The notes under the pieces were generated by a model, which saw only the letters and a program-made list of their open reading frames with translations, was not told where the DNA came from and searched no databases. A program made the translations under genes and the position numbers. A stretch of 59,414 bases of DNA, the filler included, from Basidiobolus ranarum (taxonomy: Eukaryota): the NCBI GenBank assembly GCA_040143965.1. It is 7 parts of 7 records of this genome, joined end to end, with 100 filler letters (N's around TTAATTAATTAA, not from the genome) between each part and the next. Parts side by side here need not be neighbours in the genome. Positions count along the whole stretch, not along the records: positions 42,543 to 50,934 come from JASJQH010007851.1; positions 51,035 to 59,414 come from JASJQH010007852.1; 5 more parts are not named here. One strand, written 5' to 3'. Each line of letters starts with the position of its first letter. Positions within the stretch are counted from its first letter, which is position 1. Below, piece by piece: positions 47,961 through 59,414 of this stretch.

Positions 47961-48945
47961 TCAACGATTTTCATTCAAATAACCACCGATTTCTCTTCTT
48001 ACTGCTTCGGTAGTGAAGTGTTCCTATTGAAATAGAATTTTAAATTTCATATTATTAATGTATGTTCTATTGTATGATATTGTAAGTTAACTGTTATTCA
48101 GAAATCACTCCAACTTACTCCTTCCAGTTTGACAATGAACTGATTGACCGACGGATCTAGTTCGGGTCTTTCTTCACGGATCTTTCCAATTCCAGTGTGG
48201 AACGAGAGAGTATCTAGAAACAAGTGTTAATGAATATATCAATTCCCTTTGGTTAACCCCAAATTGTGAGTGAAGGTAATGTAATATGTACCATTGTCTC
48301 GGAACGAGAGCGACAATTGGTCCGAGTCCACCCAAACTAGAGAGTAAAAATGCTCCCAAGTATCGAAGTTAAGCTGTACCCTATTGGAATGGTCCAGTTG
48401 TAGAGTCTGAATCTGAACCCCAAACTTAGTAAACCATAAAGATGAAACCTTTAGTCAGTTATTCCTACTATATATTGGTAAATAATATCAGTCAACCTGA
48501 AGGTCTAAATCCTGCGACCGCCAAATCTCAATAGTTTGGGTTAGAACCTTGCCGGAGAAGATAAAACGCGTGTTACGACACTCCTCTAACGTTAAAATTT
48601 AAAAGGAATGTTCTCTATATGAGCACCAAAATCATTCCATTTACCAATCTTGATTCTAGTGCAGGTACTGTTGATGATGTATTCCATATTATCGCATTCT
48701 TGAAAATATAAAGTGGTTGAAGCGGAAGGTAAATCCTCTGATTCGATGGTGGTCTGTTGTCCAGTTTCTCTAACCTACACAAGAGTAAGATATGTATTAA
48801 AAAGAAAAGTAATACACGTAATTTCCTAAGAGTACTTCAGTTTTACATAATACTTATTCTGTGGTGGTCTAAACACCCCTAACCTTCCAAAACCACTAAG
48901 TCTTCCCGGCTCTTCGTTTTGAGTCCCACGTCCAGGTGCCACCAT
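47961..48945 (-). CDS. Stand-alone CAP_C/CARP (adenylate cyclase-associated protein C-terminal) beta-helix-like protein, 202 aa, 6 exons
   Basis: Exons 48945-48847, 48774-48645, 48585-48497, 48424-48292, 48213-48119 and 48023-47961 splice in frame, all GT-AG. TLYFQECDNMEYIINSTCTRIKIEECRNTRFIFSGKVLTQTIEIWRSQDLDLQFGVQIQTLQLD...NQFIVKLEGEHFTTE parallels CAP_C. Confidence 0.8.
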
Positions 48946-49185
48946 AGTTCAAGAAAACGTTGCGGTTGCATTCATTACCTGCTATTTAATCATGCTCATT
49001 TGATTTTATCAAATTATCATCTAGTATTGTTTGATGCTATTAAAATATCCGTAATCTTGAAATGATGGTTTATTGCTGGTATATATATGTAGATCTTGTT
49101 GAAAAAAAGGGATGTTAATTTACTGTCAAATTAACATTACTCTACAATTTAGAATATCTTTTAGGTTGGGTATTCTTAACATTAA

Positions 49186-50934
49186 ATGCGTCGTGAACAG
49201 TTCACCAACTCTAAAGACAGTAATAGAGGTACTCCTCTATTGTTGGAGCGTAGAATTCCAAGAACCTTGTCTGATCAGGCCCTTCCTGGAAGTGCAAATA
49301 CGAGGAATAAAGAGGAGTCTAGTCGTGGCAATGGGCGAAGCTATCGTGGTGACCGAAGCTTTAGCAAACGTGGAGGTGACTCTTCTACTTTCACTAGAAG
49401 CGACAGAAAAACTGAAGATCGTCCAATAGTTAACAATAATGTTACTAGTGAGGCCGAGACTGTGATAAATAAGGGTCCCTCTGTGAAGTTTTTAACTGAA
49501 AAAGGTAAAATTCAGCAAGATTTGGTTTTGAAGGTAGGATGTGGTCTGTCGATTTCTTATCTTATAAAAAATGCGAGTTAAACTATTCCTCTCGTATCGA
49601 AGTCACTATTGGATCTACCCGGTCATTTGGTAGTTGGAGTAATTGGCCCTGAAGGAGTAGGGAAGTCCACCATTTTAAACGGATTTTTGCCGTGTAACGA
49701 GGTGAGTTTTCTGTGTAAAGTTTGTTTCTATCTGAGAATTTTAACAGAGCCTAAAGTGATCTTCAGGTGTTCGCGATGCAAACTCTGGACACTCAAATGA
49801 AGCTTGGCCATGAAACTCATGGAATCGACATGTATATAACACCCGAACGAATTGTTTTACTTGATGTCCAGGTACTTATATTTACTCTACATTTCTATAA
49901 TATTTGTGCTTAAAGATAACGAACTCGTCTTCAAAGCCATTTTTTAGCATGTCTATACTGGAATCGTCAATTCGAGACAACTCAATACCTGAGTCGGTAT
50001 CACCCGAGGTTTGGTTGGAGATGCAGGTAAGTTGCAGCGGATAACTATGGTTATGCCTATGGGCTCGTGTTTAAACTTTGCCTCCTACGTAGGATGTCCA
50101 ATTTGGAATTTTCCTGATGTCCATATGCGATATCCTAGTCGTAGTGTCTGATGGAGTGGCCGATCTAGTGCTATGGAAGTTCATACGTACACTTGAAATG
50201 CTGAAATACAAAATCCCAGAATATCCTAGCATAACACCCAAACCAAATCCAGCCAAGAGTGAGGAAGAAACAGAGTATTATCCTGAAATCGGTAAAGATA
50301 TGGGGATTCTTGCAACTTCACCTAAAGAGCCAATCGATCCTTACAACTCTTGAATTTCAGTGTTCGTAGGAAATAAGGTGCGCAAAGAAGAGTGGTCTCA
50401 GGAGTTGTACGAGAAAACCTGTCTGCTCCATCGTACAATCTTTGCAAAGAGTCATATGAAAATGTATTGTTAGTGTCCGTTGGTTTTATACACCTTTTTC
50501 TCTATCCTCTTGACAAGATCACTTGCTGACATTTTCACCATTGGTAACTACATAATAGCCAATGTCGTGATGGAGAAGTCTCCTTACCCATTTAAAACCT
50601 CTCTACCATTAACACCGAATCTGGTTCTATTGCCGTATGAGGAATCGAGAGATGAGACGCGAGCAACTGATTGTTTCAAGAGTGGAATTGAAACACAAGA
50701 GTTCACCTCGGCATTAAAGTCCCTCCGAAACATGGTGATAGGCTTGCCAAGAAAAGGAAGTAAACGTGGCCAGATTGGGGAAAAAGAATGGTAATTTCAT
50801 TTTATTTCAGTCAATTTTGTTCCATTTGATTTTGAACGCAACACTTCATTTCATGCAGGTTGAGAAGTGCGGTTAAAGTCTGGGATCTTGTCAAACGGTC
50901 GGATATGTTGGCTGAATATAACAAAATCCTACGT
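49186..50934 (+). CDS. SMG9: Nonsense-mediated decay factor SMG9, multi-exon, 3' truncated
   Basis: Disordered N-terminus; P-loop VVGVIGPEGVGKSTIL; HETHGIDMYITPERIVLLDVQP; FLMSICDILVVV; FIRTLEMLK; YYPEIVFVGNK; EKEWLRSAVKVWDLVKRS. Confidence 0.88.
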
Positions 50935-51034
50935 NNNNNNNNNNNNNNNNNNNNNNNNNNNNNNNNNNNNNNNNNNNNTTAATTAATTAANNNNNNNNNN
51001 NNNNNNNNNNNNNNNNNNNNNNNNNNNNNNNNNN
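50935..51034. other. Artificial contig-joining linker
   Basis: 44 N + TTAATTAATTAA + 44 N. Confidence 0.97.
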
Positions 51035-52028
51035 CTATTAGACTTTTGCTGATCAAGAGAAAGCTCACTCGTACGGTAGTTATTGAGCAATCATAGGACA
51101 ATCAGTATGGATGTACAAACCTGCTTTTGTAACTTCTGAACTCGGTTATCAAGTCGAAAGATTAACTCATTATCCGCTACCAAAAATTTTGAATTTAAAT
51201 AAACTTGACTCCACTAATCATTAGAGCATCTTGATTTTGTACCTCCATTATTATCTTGGTCATCATAAGTCAAGTAACTTTGATCTAGTTCACCACCAAG
51301 ATGAGTGATAGCTTTCAAAGGTAAAGATAAATATACCGAGTTAATGGCAGCTTAATAAATAAACGGTTTTTAGTAAATGTTACCATCGATGCCACTAATA
51401 CTGGGCTCAGGGGTCTGTATCGTGGAGCATATTTCTTCATCGAGGTTACTATCTTTTAACTTGACTGTCTCTTCATTTCGATTGTTAGAGTCCGTAGTAG
51501 ATTCGATATTAGAACTTGGAACATCAATATCGTTTTTCACGTCTACGGGAAGAAGAGCTTCTTTCAAAGAGTTTGAAGAGCTTTCTACTATGGCCGAATT
51601 TATGGTTTGGGAGTCGTTGATTGTTGTGATTTCAACAGTCTTTTTTTCCACTTTTAGGCTTACTACTTCTTCAGATTTGGCGTTTTCGCGTGGCATACTC
51701 GTTTGCTGAAGGTTCTCTTTTTTCACTTCAACTGTTGGTACTATAGGTTGGTCAGAATTGTAAGTGTTTGCTCTAATTGGAGCGTAGGGTTGTGGCAGTA
51801 CTTCTTTACTCTTTTCGTTTACTGGCTAAGAGATAAATAATATTACTAAATTGGGTAATAAGAGAGTAACATTCAAAGGAAAACACATACTGAAGAAAAA
51901 GAATAGGATCTAATATCCCGAGAACTACTCTCAGAGTTACGCGTCTTCTTGGTACCAAGTAAATTAAACCGTTTGGTATCATTTTGGTCGTCTTTAGTGC
52001 TCGGCTTTTTCTTCCAACTTTTAAACAT
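51035..52028 (-). CDS. 5' part of a multi-exon hypothetical protein (low complexity, then coiled coil), truncated by contig edge
   Basis: ATG 52028 (MFKSWKKKPS...); GT-AG introns link to ORF 51370-51726 and later exons (ELIFRLDNRVQKLQKQ). Confidence 0.6.
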
Positions 52029-52393
52029 CGAGTATAACGAGAAGAAAGGGTTATCAAGTAGAAATATTAAAGTATATCTGAGTAAACACGGCCAAACCAC
52101 CAGGAATATGGTATTCGAAGTCCTCAAAAAAAAGGAAATTAAATCCCATCAAAAATATGTTGCCGTATATTATGATTAACCACGGCCATAGCCAAATAAG
52201 TTACCATCGATTCTGATTAACTATAGCCGTAGCCATAATCAAATCAAAACAAAACAAATTCACTAATCGCATGAAGACGTCCACGGATGAGATTTCAAGC
52301 CACGTCCAGTCTAGTCACAGCACCTCTCAAGTTAATAGCAGGTTACGCTATGACAATAAAACGAGATCCATCAAGGCACGTGAACTCTCTACC

Positions 52394-54272
52394 ATGGACC
52401 AACATCCAACTCAACACTTGAAAGATCCAATCCAAACAGGAGGAGACACTAGGCCAAAAGCTACGCAAGATGCAGTATTGCTGGGAGGATTAGAGCGATT
52501 AATATGCGATGTATACCGAACACATCGATGGCTCTTATCTTGACTAGTTGGTAAATCTGGCATTATTTTAGAAGCGCTTCTGTCCCACCAACACTGTCGC
52601 AACATTCTCTGTACTCGCTCTCCAAATATATATATCCGCCCACATCCAGGTGTAACCATCCGGAATGCCCAATCAGGACTGAGATTCAACTCCGTTCGCT
52701 GCCAGGTGAATCCGTCGAGTAATACCAATCAACAGATTATGGACGAATTTCGAGATTTGGACTTCTTACAGTAATGATAATTAATCATTGCGCTTGGCTC
52801 GGTTAAAAAGAGCAACAATTTGGATGAGCGCTCTCATAAATGGCTAAATTACATTCTGTTTGACATTGGTCAAAAACTTAATTCTAGGCTGATTCATTTT
52901 TTTTTGGTCAGTGGTATATCAATAAGGTTTACCTTTTAGCATCCCTTATAACTTTAGAGGTTTCTTTGAGCTTTGGGAATGAACTCCAATCACCTTGATA
53001 CCAATGTAAATATCGATGTCTTCTTTTCTCTTTGGGCATATAACTTAATTCTTTTATTAGTTCACCCTTGTTCAAAATTCCAACGACTTTATCCCCAGAG
53101 ATAACTTCCTCGGGGAATTGCAACGACTTCAGGAGAACGTGTATGCTTTAACAAACACTGTCAAAGTATTACAAACCAACGTGAATGTACTACAGAAAGA
53201 GAACAGCATTCTGAAAAATGAAATCAAATCTTTGAAGGAGGCTTTAGATACTTCTACCGAAGATTATTCAACCAATTCACGAACCCTGGCTCCTTCCCCA
53301 GAGGAGGCACGTAAGATAAAGGTAGTGTTTACTTGAATCTATTCTATTCTGCTTCAAACAGCCCTTGAACTTATTGGTATACCCTCTAGGCACTCATTCG
53401 ACATCTGACCTCTCATATGAGAGACGATGCGCTTGACCTCAATGACGACAAACTTCGCTTTGATTTGTCAAAGCCGTTAGCAGACCGGAAAAATACTGAG
53501 ATATTTCATGTGATTGTGGACTCTGTATTTCAAAGTTCTAACTGCACACGCGAATACGCTGAGCAACGCGTAAGAAAGCGATTTGATAATCTTCGTGAAG
53601 AATATAACAAGAATGATTACAAGAAGACTCGTGATAACATTCGTAAGCGAAGAAACAAAAGAAAACACGATGTACGACTTTTTTATATTGTATTGAGCAA
53701 ACTCATATCATTCTCTAACCTTCTTTACTGTTCTGTGATATAGCTTCTGAAGAAAAGACAAAAAACCTTCTCCAAATTCCGGGAAGAGTTTCCTCAAGAA
53801 TTCAAACCTCAAGACAATTTGTCTAATTACGAGAAATACTTGATGTTGGATATAATGTCAAGCGATGAAACCGATGAGGACCCTCTTGGGCAGAAGGTCT
53901 TCAAGCGACACTGTGTAGATCATCGCAGCCATGAGGTAGGTATCAAGAAAGGCATCGGGCTGTTTGACCAGATATCTCTAACTAGGGCATCTTTGCTTTG
54001 AATAGGTTAAGCGATTTCTTTACTATCTTGATAACAAAGCAGGGGCCAACTTTGGTAAGCGTCCACTCCCAAATGGGGAAGAGTATTACACTTTCGAAAA
54101 TACGCTACAAACATCCATGCAAAACACCATGCAGCAAACACCACAGCTTCTAGAAGCCAACAATGCTGATGAGTTTGCGCAGACCTTGGAGCACTTCAAC
54201 TTCACTAACAACGTAAATCTCACCATGCCCCCTGGTTTGCCCCAATGGAGTTATACATCCAGTTTCATGTAA
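52394..54272 (+). CDS. Multi-exon coiled-coil protein with C14orf93/DUF4616-like (transposon accessory-like) C-terminal region
   Basis: Spliced exons give a leucine-zipper-like LQENV..L...V..LQ..V..LQKEN..LK.EI..L, then RFDLSKP, RVRKRFDNLREEY, RKRRNKRKHDLLKKR, MSSDETD, HRSHEVKRFLYYLD, PPGLPQW. Start codon and first exons uncertain. Confidence 0.7.
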
Positions 54273-55007
54273 TTCTTTCGTGATAGTCCGTTTAATTATT
54301 TATGATTTAGTTTAATATTGTTGAGTTTATTTTATTGATTAGAAATTAACTGCAAGCTTGATGTAAATATCCAAACACTGTACATAATCTCTTCACAAAT
54401 GGTTCAAGTAAAGTTCGATTGAGTTTAGAGCCTGACCGCACATGCACCACGAGGCTCGAAGGTTCGCCACAAGGTCTCGACCAATCACAGAGATTGTATA
54501 GTTTCTAGAATAATCTGTCACATCGATTCACCGAATAAGCCAGTTCGTGTTGAGGATCTCTAGTTCCTGTCTAAGCCACTGCTAAAGATAAACATGTTTG
54601 AATATGAGAGCATTTAGAATGATTAACCAGATATTCCAGGGTGGGTCCTTGATCTCTGATTCGATTTAGCTATCTGACTACGGCAAAGCAGACAGTAGGG
54701 TTCCTTTTCAATCAATAGGTCATCATCGAGTGTGGGTTTTCAAATTTTCGAATTTCGTCACTGTTAAAAATAAACACATTTCTGTGAAGGACTAGTGTTT
54801 TCTTGTTGTATATTATATATACAGTTTCTCTACTGTTTCACTTTGGCTCAATTTTTTTAAAGAGAACTTTGAAATATAGTGAACTTATACTCAGTTTTAG
54901 TGGATTTTATTACTTTGAAATTTTGTTTACAAATTCTTGACAAGTCAAGTACTTTCTTTCTTTTAGTAATAGGGAGTTTATTAAACAACAAAAACGGTCA
55001 ATAAGTA

Positions 55008-56322
55008 ATGCCTTCAGATTCGGAAAATCAGGAGCGTAGTCAAAATACAACGAGGGGTCGTACGCATTGGTGCCATCAATGTCAAACTGATATCACCCCT
55101 ATGTTGACACCGCATCCAACCTGTCCTCACTGTTTAGGGGAATTTGTTGAAGAGGTAGTTAGCGATTGATGACTAGTTCAGTCTATTTATATTGACCATT
55201 TTGTTCAGATTGAGGATGAAAACGATCCGAGAGATTTCTTTGCCCAAGTGGAAACCGACGAAGAGTTTGACTTCAATGAAGGTGGCCCTAATACGGAAGG
55301 GAGAAACCAAGAAGTTGTTAATATTGTACAATCTATGTTACAACAACTTTTAGGTCCCAACGCATCTATCACTGTTGAAACACAGGGACCAGGATTTCCT
55401 AGAGGACCCACTCCTTTTGATGGAATGACAGAGGAGGGTCAAAATAACGACGATCCTAATAGACCTACTGTATTTTCTACCAGCTTTAATGTCTCAGGGG
55501 GTAATGCTGATGGTGTTGAATCAACAGGTACCAATCCTACCGCTACTGACGGTACTCGTGCCGCTTCTGTTACCAATTTTTCAAAGTTAGTCCCTGTCAT
55601 AAATATGCTCATATGAATGATTGTAAGTAATATTGATTTACCTTGACTAGTTTTATCCAGCGTTTACTTGGAGGTAATGCAGAAACTACGCAACAAGCAA
55701 GTGGTGCTGGTGCTGCTAATCTTAATCCATTATGGAATATCTTTCAGCTCCCTGGAAATGCCGGCGATTATGTCTTTGGACAACAGGCTTTAGATAATAT
55801 TCTCTCCCAGTTGATGGAACAGGCAGGGTTTGTTGGATTCATAAGCAGACAGGTTTATACAATCAATACACGATACAAATGTTGACTGCTCCATATTTAA
55901 TTATTTAGTAGAAATGCACCGCCACCAGCCCCAGAAGATATCATCAATAATTTACCTCGAGAAAAGATTACCAGAGCTCAAGTAGAAGATGGAATCGACT
56001 GTGCAGTATGCAAAGAAGATTTCAACGAAGGTGAAGAAACAACCGGCTTGCCTTGCCACCATTTATTCCATGATGGCTGCATTCGACCATGGCTCGAGCT
56101 AAATGGCACATGTCCAGTTTGGTAAAGTGATATCAGATTTAAAGCCCATGTTCAATTTCAACCACTAAACTTTACCATAGTCGATACTCTCTTGTCTCTA
56201 AAGATGGTGCTCAAGACCCAGGAAATCATGATTCCACTGGCAATACTGAAAATAGCAACTCCGAACGCCAGACTGAGACTCATCTACCTGGGGCTTTCCC
56301 TGAGCCTGATCCATTGGACTGA
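55008..56322 (+). CDS. RING-H2 E3 ubiquitin ligase, RNF126/RNF115-like
   Basis: N-terminal zinc ribbon WCHQC...CPHC.GEFVEEI; GDYVFGQQALDNILSQLMEQ; RING CAVCKEDF...[26 protein letters not shown]. Four GT-AG introns. Confidence 0.92.
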
Positions 56323-56692
56323 AATGGATAATTTTAGCTATTCTATTCATTCGTTCTTCCATCTTGACTCCTTTATGAGTTGATCAGAATATAGAGCTTG
56401 TACTCAACCCAAGTCTTATTAAATTACTTCACGAACATTTGGTGGTTTTTTTATTCAATCTTGTATCTTTCATATATACAGAAAGAACGTGTCTATGGGG
56501 GTTTTCGTGGGAAGAAATTGATAGAAGTTGGATATTCTCTGCAAAACAGTCAGTATAATATACAAAAATGAGAGGGAGAGTAGTGGATCATATGATGACG
56601 GAAATGAATGAGAAAAGAGAACAGTTAATAAATTAGAGACCAGTCCTGGCAGTCGAGTCATGAGGAGAATGATGGATTTAGCTTTTCTTGTT

Positions 56693-57841
56693 CTACTCAG
56701 AGTTAGAACCGTGGGTGTCTGGCGCTAGTTCATCTTCGTTATCACTTTCACCTTCGCTAGAATTCACCTCCTTTCGAAGATTGCTGGGAGCCTTTGGTGG
56801 TTGACGAGGGGTTTCTTCGATCTTTATCTTTTTGTTCTCTCGAGCACCATTCTCGGATGGCTCATGTGATCCATTGGCTCCACTATATGAAGACATTTCT
56901 TTCTCATAACGCTCCTTGTCTTTCTCGTACATGTCATAATATTTCTGAAGTGACGAAGAAGACAACCCGTTAAAAAAGTATCTAAGATTTGAAGCATGAA
57001 ACGCAGTCAGAAGATTACCTTTTTCTCAGTTGGATCTAGCGTTTTCCAACTTGCAGATAACATCTTAGTTAAATCGCCAAGACTAGCATCCTGATGTTCC
57101 TCTTTAAGTTGAGACCTTTGTAACTGGCAATACATGAAAAATGCATTGGCCGGTCGTTTAGGGGCGTTAGGATCTTTTTCTGGACGTTTTGGTGTGATTG
57201 TCTCCTTCTCGGGACGTTTTTGCTTTTCCACGGCTGCAATGGCCTCTGTTTCTGACTGTTTAACGTATATAAAGGTTACATTCATGGCTTTTTCAACTGG
57301 TTCGATAACCTCAGTAAATATCCTTTCTTACCTCGGAATGTGAATCCCCAGCAGCTCCACCCTGTGTCTCTTCTAGTATTCCAAACAGAAAGCTAAAGTT
57401 GTGGGTTAATTTCAAAAGGTTACGAAAGAGGAGGAAAGTTGAATTCTGCATCCGATAAACAAACATAGAATTCATCTTAAAATAAAGAAAATAAACAAAA
57501 AAATTCACCTTCTTTCGACTTTCAAACGTTGAACTCTCTTTTTAGCTCGATTAATTTTGATAACAAATCTTTCGTTTGTCTGATATTTTTTGAAGAAATT
57601 AAGAGTTTAGTGAAAGGTTATTTATGGTGGTGAGGGATATGTAAAGTGAGTGAGTGTTATCTTACTTGCTCTATTTCACCAACTTTCCTCTTTAATTCTT
57701 TATACTTCTTTTTATACTTGAACTCTATAAGAAATAGATAAAGGGTTAAACACTTTTTTCTAGAATTTAGTGAATTGCTCAAGATCACGTTTACAAGGTA
57801 AGGTGAACCGATGCGAAGAAAGGAAATTTACCATCTGACAT
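56693..57841 (-). CDS. NHP10: HMG-box protein, Nhp10-like INO80 complex subunit
   Basis: N-terminal coiled coil KYKKKYKELKRKVGEIEQ..RAKKRVQRLKVERSFL; HMG box KDPNAPKRPANAFFMYC...LSASWKTL...KYYDMYEKDKERYEKEM. Multi-exon. Confidence 0.8.
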
Positions 57842-58390
57842 AGCTGAAGATCTTGGGGGGAAGGAGTATGGGAAAAGTCTATTTATTGTATCAGTAGAAA
57901 CCAACTGGAAGTTAAGCAAAACTTTCTATACGAGAGTGTACACTTGTAGTATATACCGGTATTTTGTTTAACCAATTCTCAACTTAGAAGTTGCACGGTT
58001 TTACCAAACACTAGTCAGATTTTTCCCTTTGTTGGGACCTTTTTTTTTCTTGACTTTGGTCATATCCTTCCGAGCCACACCATCTATGAATCGTTGTGTG
58101 ATTTGTGTGTATAGTTGTTTAGAATCATGTTAAAATATCTAGAAGATCCTTGATGTATTCGAAATAAAAGTCTAGATCAAGAAATAGTACCCATTGAATC
58201 CAAATAATCTATGGGTTGAGATGGGATGGGCACTAATGTCTACTATTAGTGAAGCATCATGAACAGCTACTCAAATCATCCTTTTTTTTTATCGATAAAT
58301 AATTTCCGGAAATTTCTTGACTAAGGAATATGTGGAGATGATTCCACTTGTTCAGATATTTTTCGCGTTCCAAACCTACCTTTCAAGAAC

Positions 58391-59039
58391 ATGACCACAA
58401 ATCCACCGAGTCAAACGATCTATCTACGTAATCTAAACGAGAAAGTTAGAAAAGATGGTAAAGAGAGAATCTGTATATTCATCACAGGATCTTTACTAAT
58501 TTTAAAGGGGATCTTGTTTTTTTTCTTCCAACTGTGTTTAGAGTTGAAAATGTCACTTTACGCACTTTTCTCTGCATATGGACGTATACAGGATGTGGTG
58601 GCATTAAAAACAACGAAAATGAGAGGACAAGCTTTCATTTGTTTTGAAGAGATCTCTTCGGCCACCTCTGCTATACGCGGTCTTCAAGGATTTGCTTTTT
58701 ATGATAAACCCATGGTAAGTAAAAATTTCCCTTGAAACCTTACCCAATAGCACTATATTTATATTTGGACTTCACCTAGGAAATTCAATACAGTAAGACA
58801 AAGTCCAACGTAATCAAAAGAATGAATGGCGTCTACGATGATTCTTTCAGAAAACGTGAACGTGAAGAAGATGGAGGTAAATGATACTTAAATAGGATGA
58901 TTTATTCTCAATATGATATTCTAACCTGATACTTTATTTTCTTTTATCCCCTCCTTTCACTCTTTTTTTTCTCTTTCATTCCTTGGATTATGTAGATTTA
59001 AACCCAACGAAGTTTAGAGAAACCAGTATAATGTCTTGA
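58391..59039 (+). CDS. MSL1: U2 snRNP B'' (U1A/U2B'' family), single RRM, 4 exons
   Basis: [44 protein letters not shown] (U2B''-type VALKT loop), [15 protein letters not shown]; stop TGA 59037-59039. Confidence 0.85.
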
Positions 59040-59414
59040 ATCTGATTTAATACAATGGACATCCTTTCTTTTCAACAACCATTATAATATCCATGAATAT
59101 ATACATATACAAGCGTCATTTCCCTGTCAGATAATCCATTGGTTTACCAAACTTATTGGTGAGATTAAAGAGATGTTTTCATTGTATGAGTGCCTGACCA
59201 CATAGCTTCTACGCAGTCACTTGAATCTCAACCTATATCACACATTAGAATAATTCATAATTCAATCGGTTGAAACTTTGTAAATGGGGAGGGAAGTCCC
59301 ATATCATCTCCAAAGTGGGTAGTCACACACAACATGGTCAGAACAAAATGGTTTTATAATTGAAGGTTTAAGAGTTCGGAAAGGTTGTAGATCGATATGA
59401 GTGTCATTGGAGAC

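Overview
Eukaryotic DNA from an intron-rich fungus, probably early-diverging (non-Dikarya); this lineage call is an inference from the U12 intron, SMG9 and half-size ABCA. The window is not contiguous. It is seven unlinked contigs of about 8.4 kb, sorted by decreasing length and joined by artificial 100-nt linkers (44N-TTAATTAATTAA-44N). Housekeeping genes: gamma-tubulin complex GCP2/Spc97 (with a minor-spliceosome AT-AC intron), Rcf2/HIG1, an intronless Mpk1/Slt2-type MAPK with an in-frame stop, Con-6, a GT31 glycosyltransferase with a PAN domain, a half-size ABCA transporter, Glo3-type ArfGAP, SMG9, an RNF126/115-like E3 ligase, an Nhp10-like HMG protein and single-RRM U2B''. There are several secreted or GPI-anchored proteins, including a group XII PLA2-like protein lacking the catalytic His-Asp and a bacterial-type CAP protein. 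Two genes are poorly shown by the ORF track: a 6-exon stand-alone CAP_C/CARP gene (not recovered in frame) and a C14orf93/DUF4616-like gene (fragments only). Contig 5 is a nested transposon graveyard (CACTA-type ends, copia, two gypsy-like elements, one with a tRNA-Lys PBS) that is almost free of CpG. Contig 3 carries a fold-back repeat. No CRISPR array, rRNA or tRNA gene was recognised. All family calls come from motif recognition by eye, not database searches.
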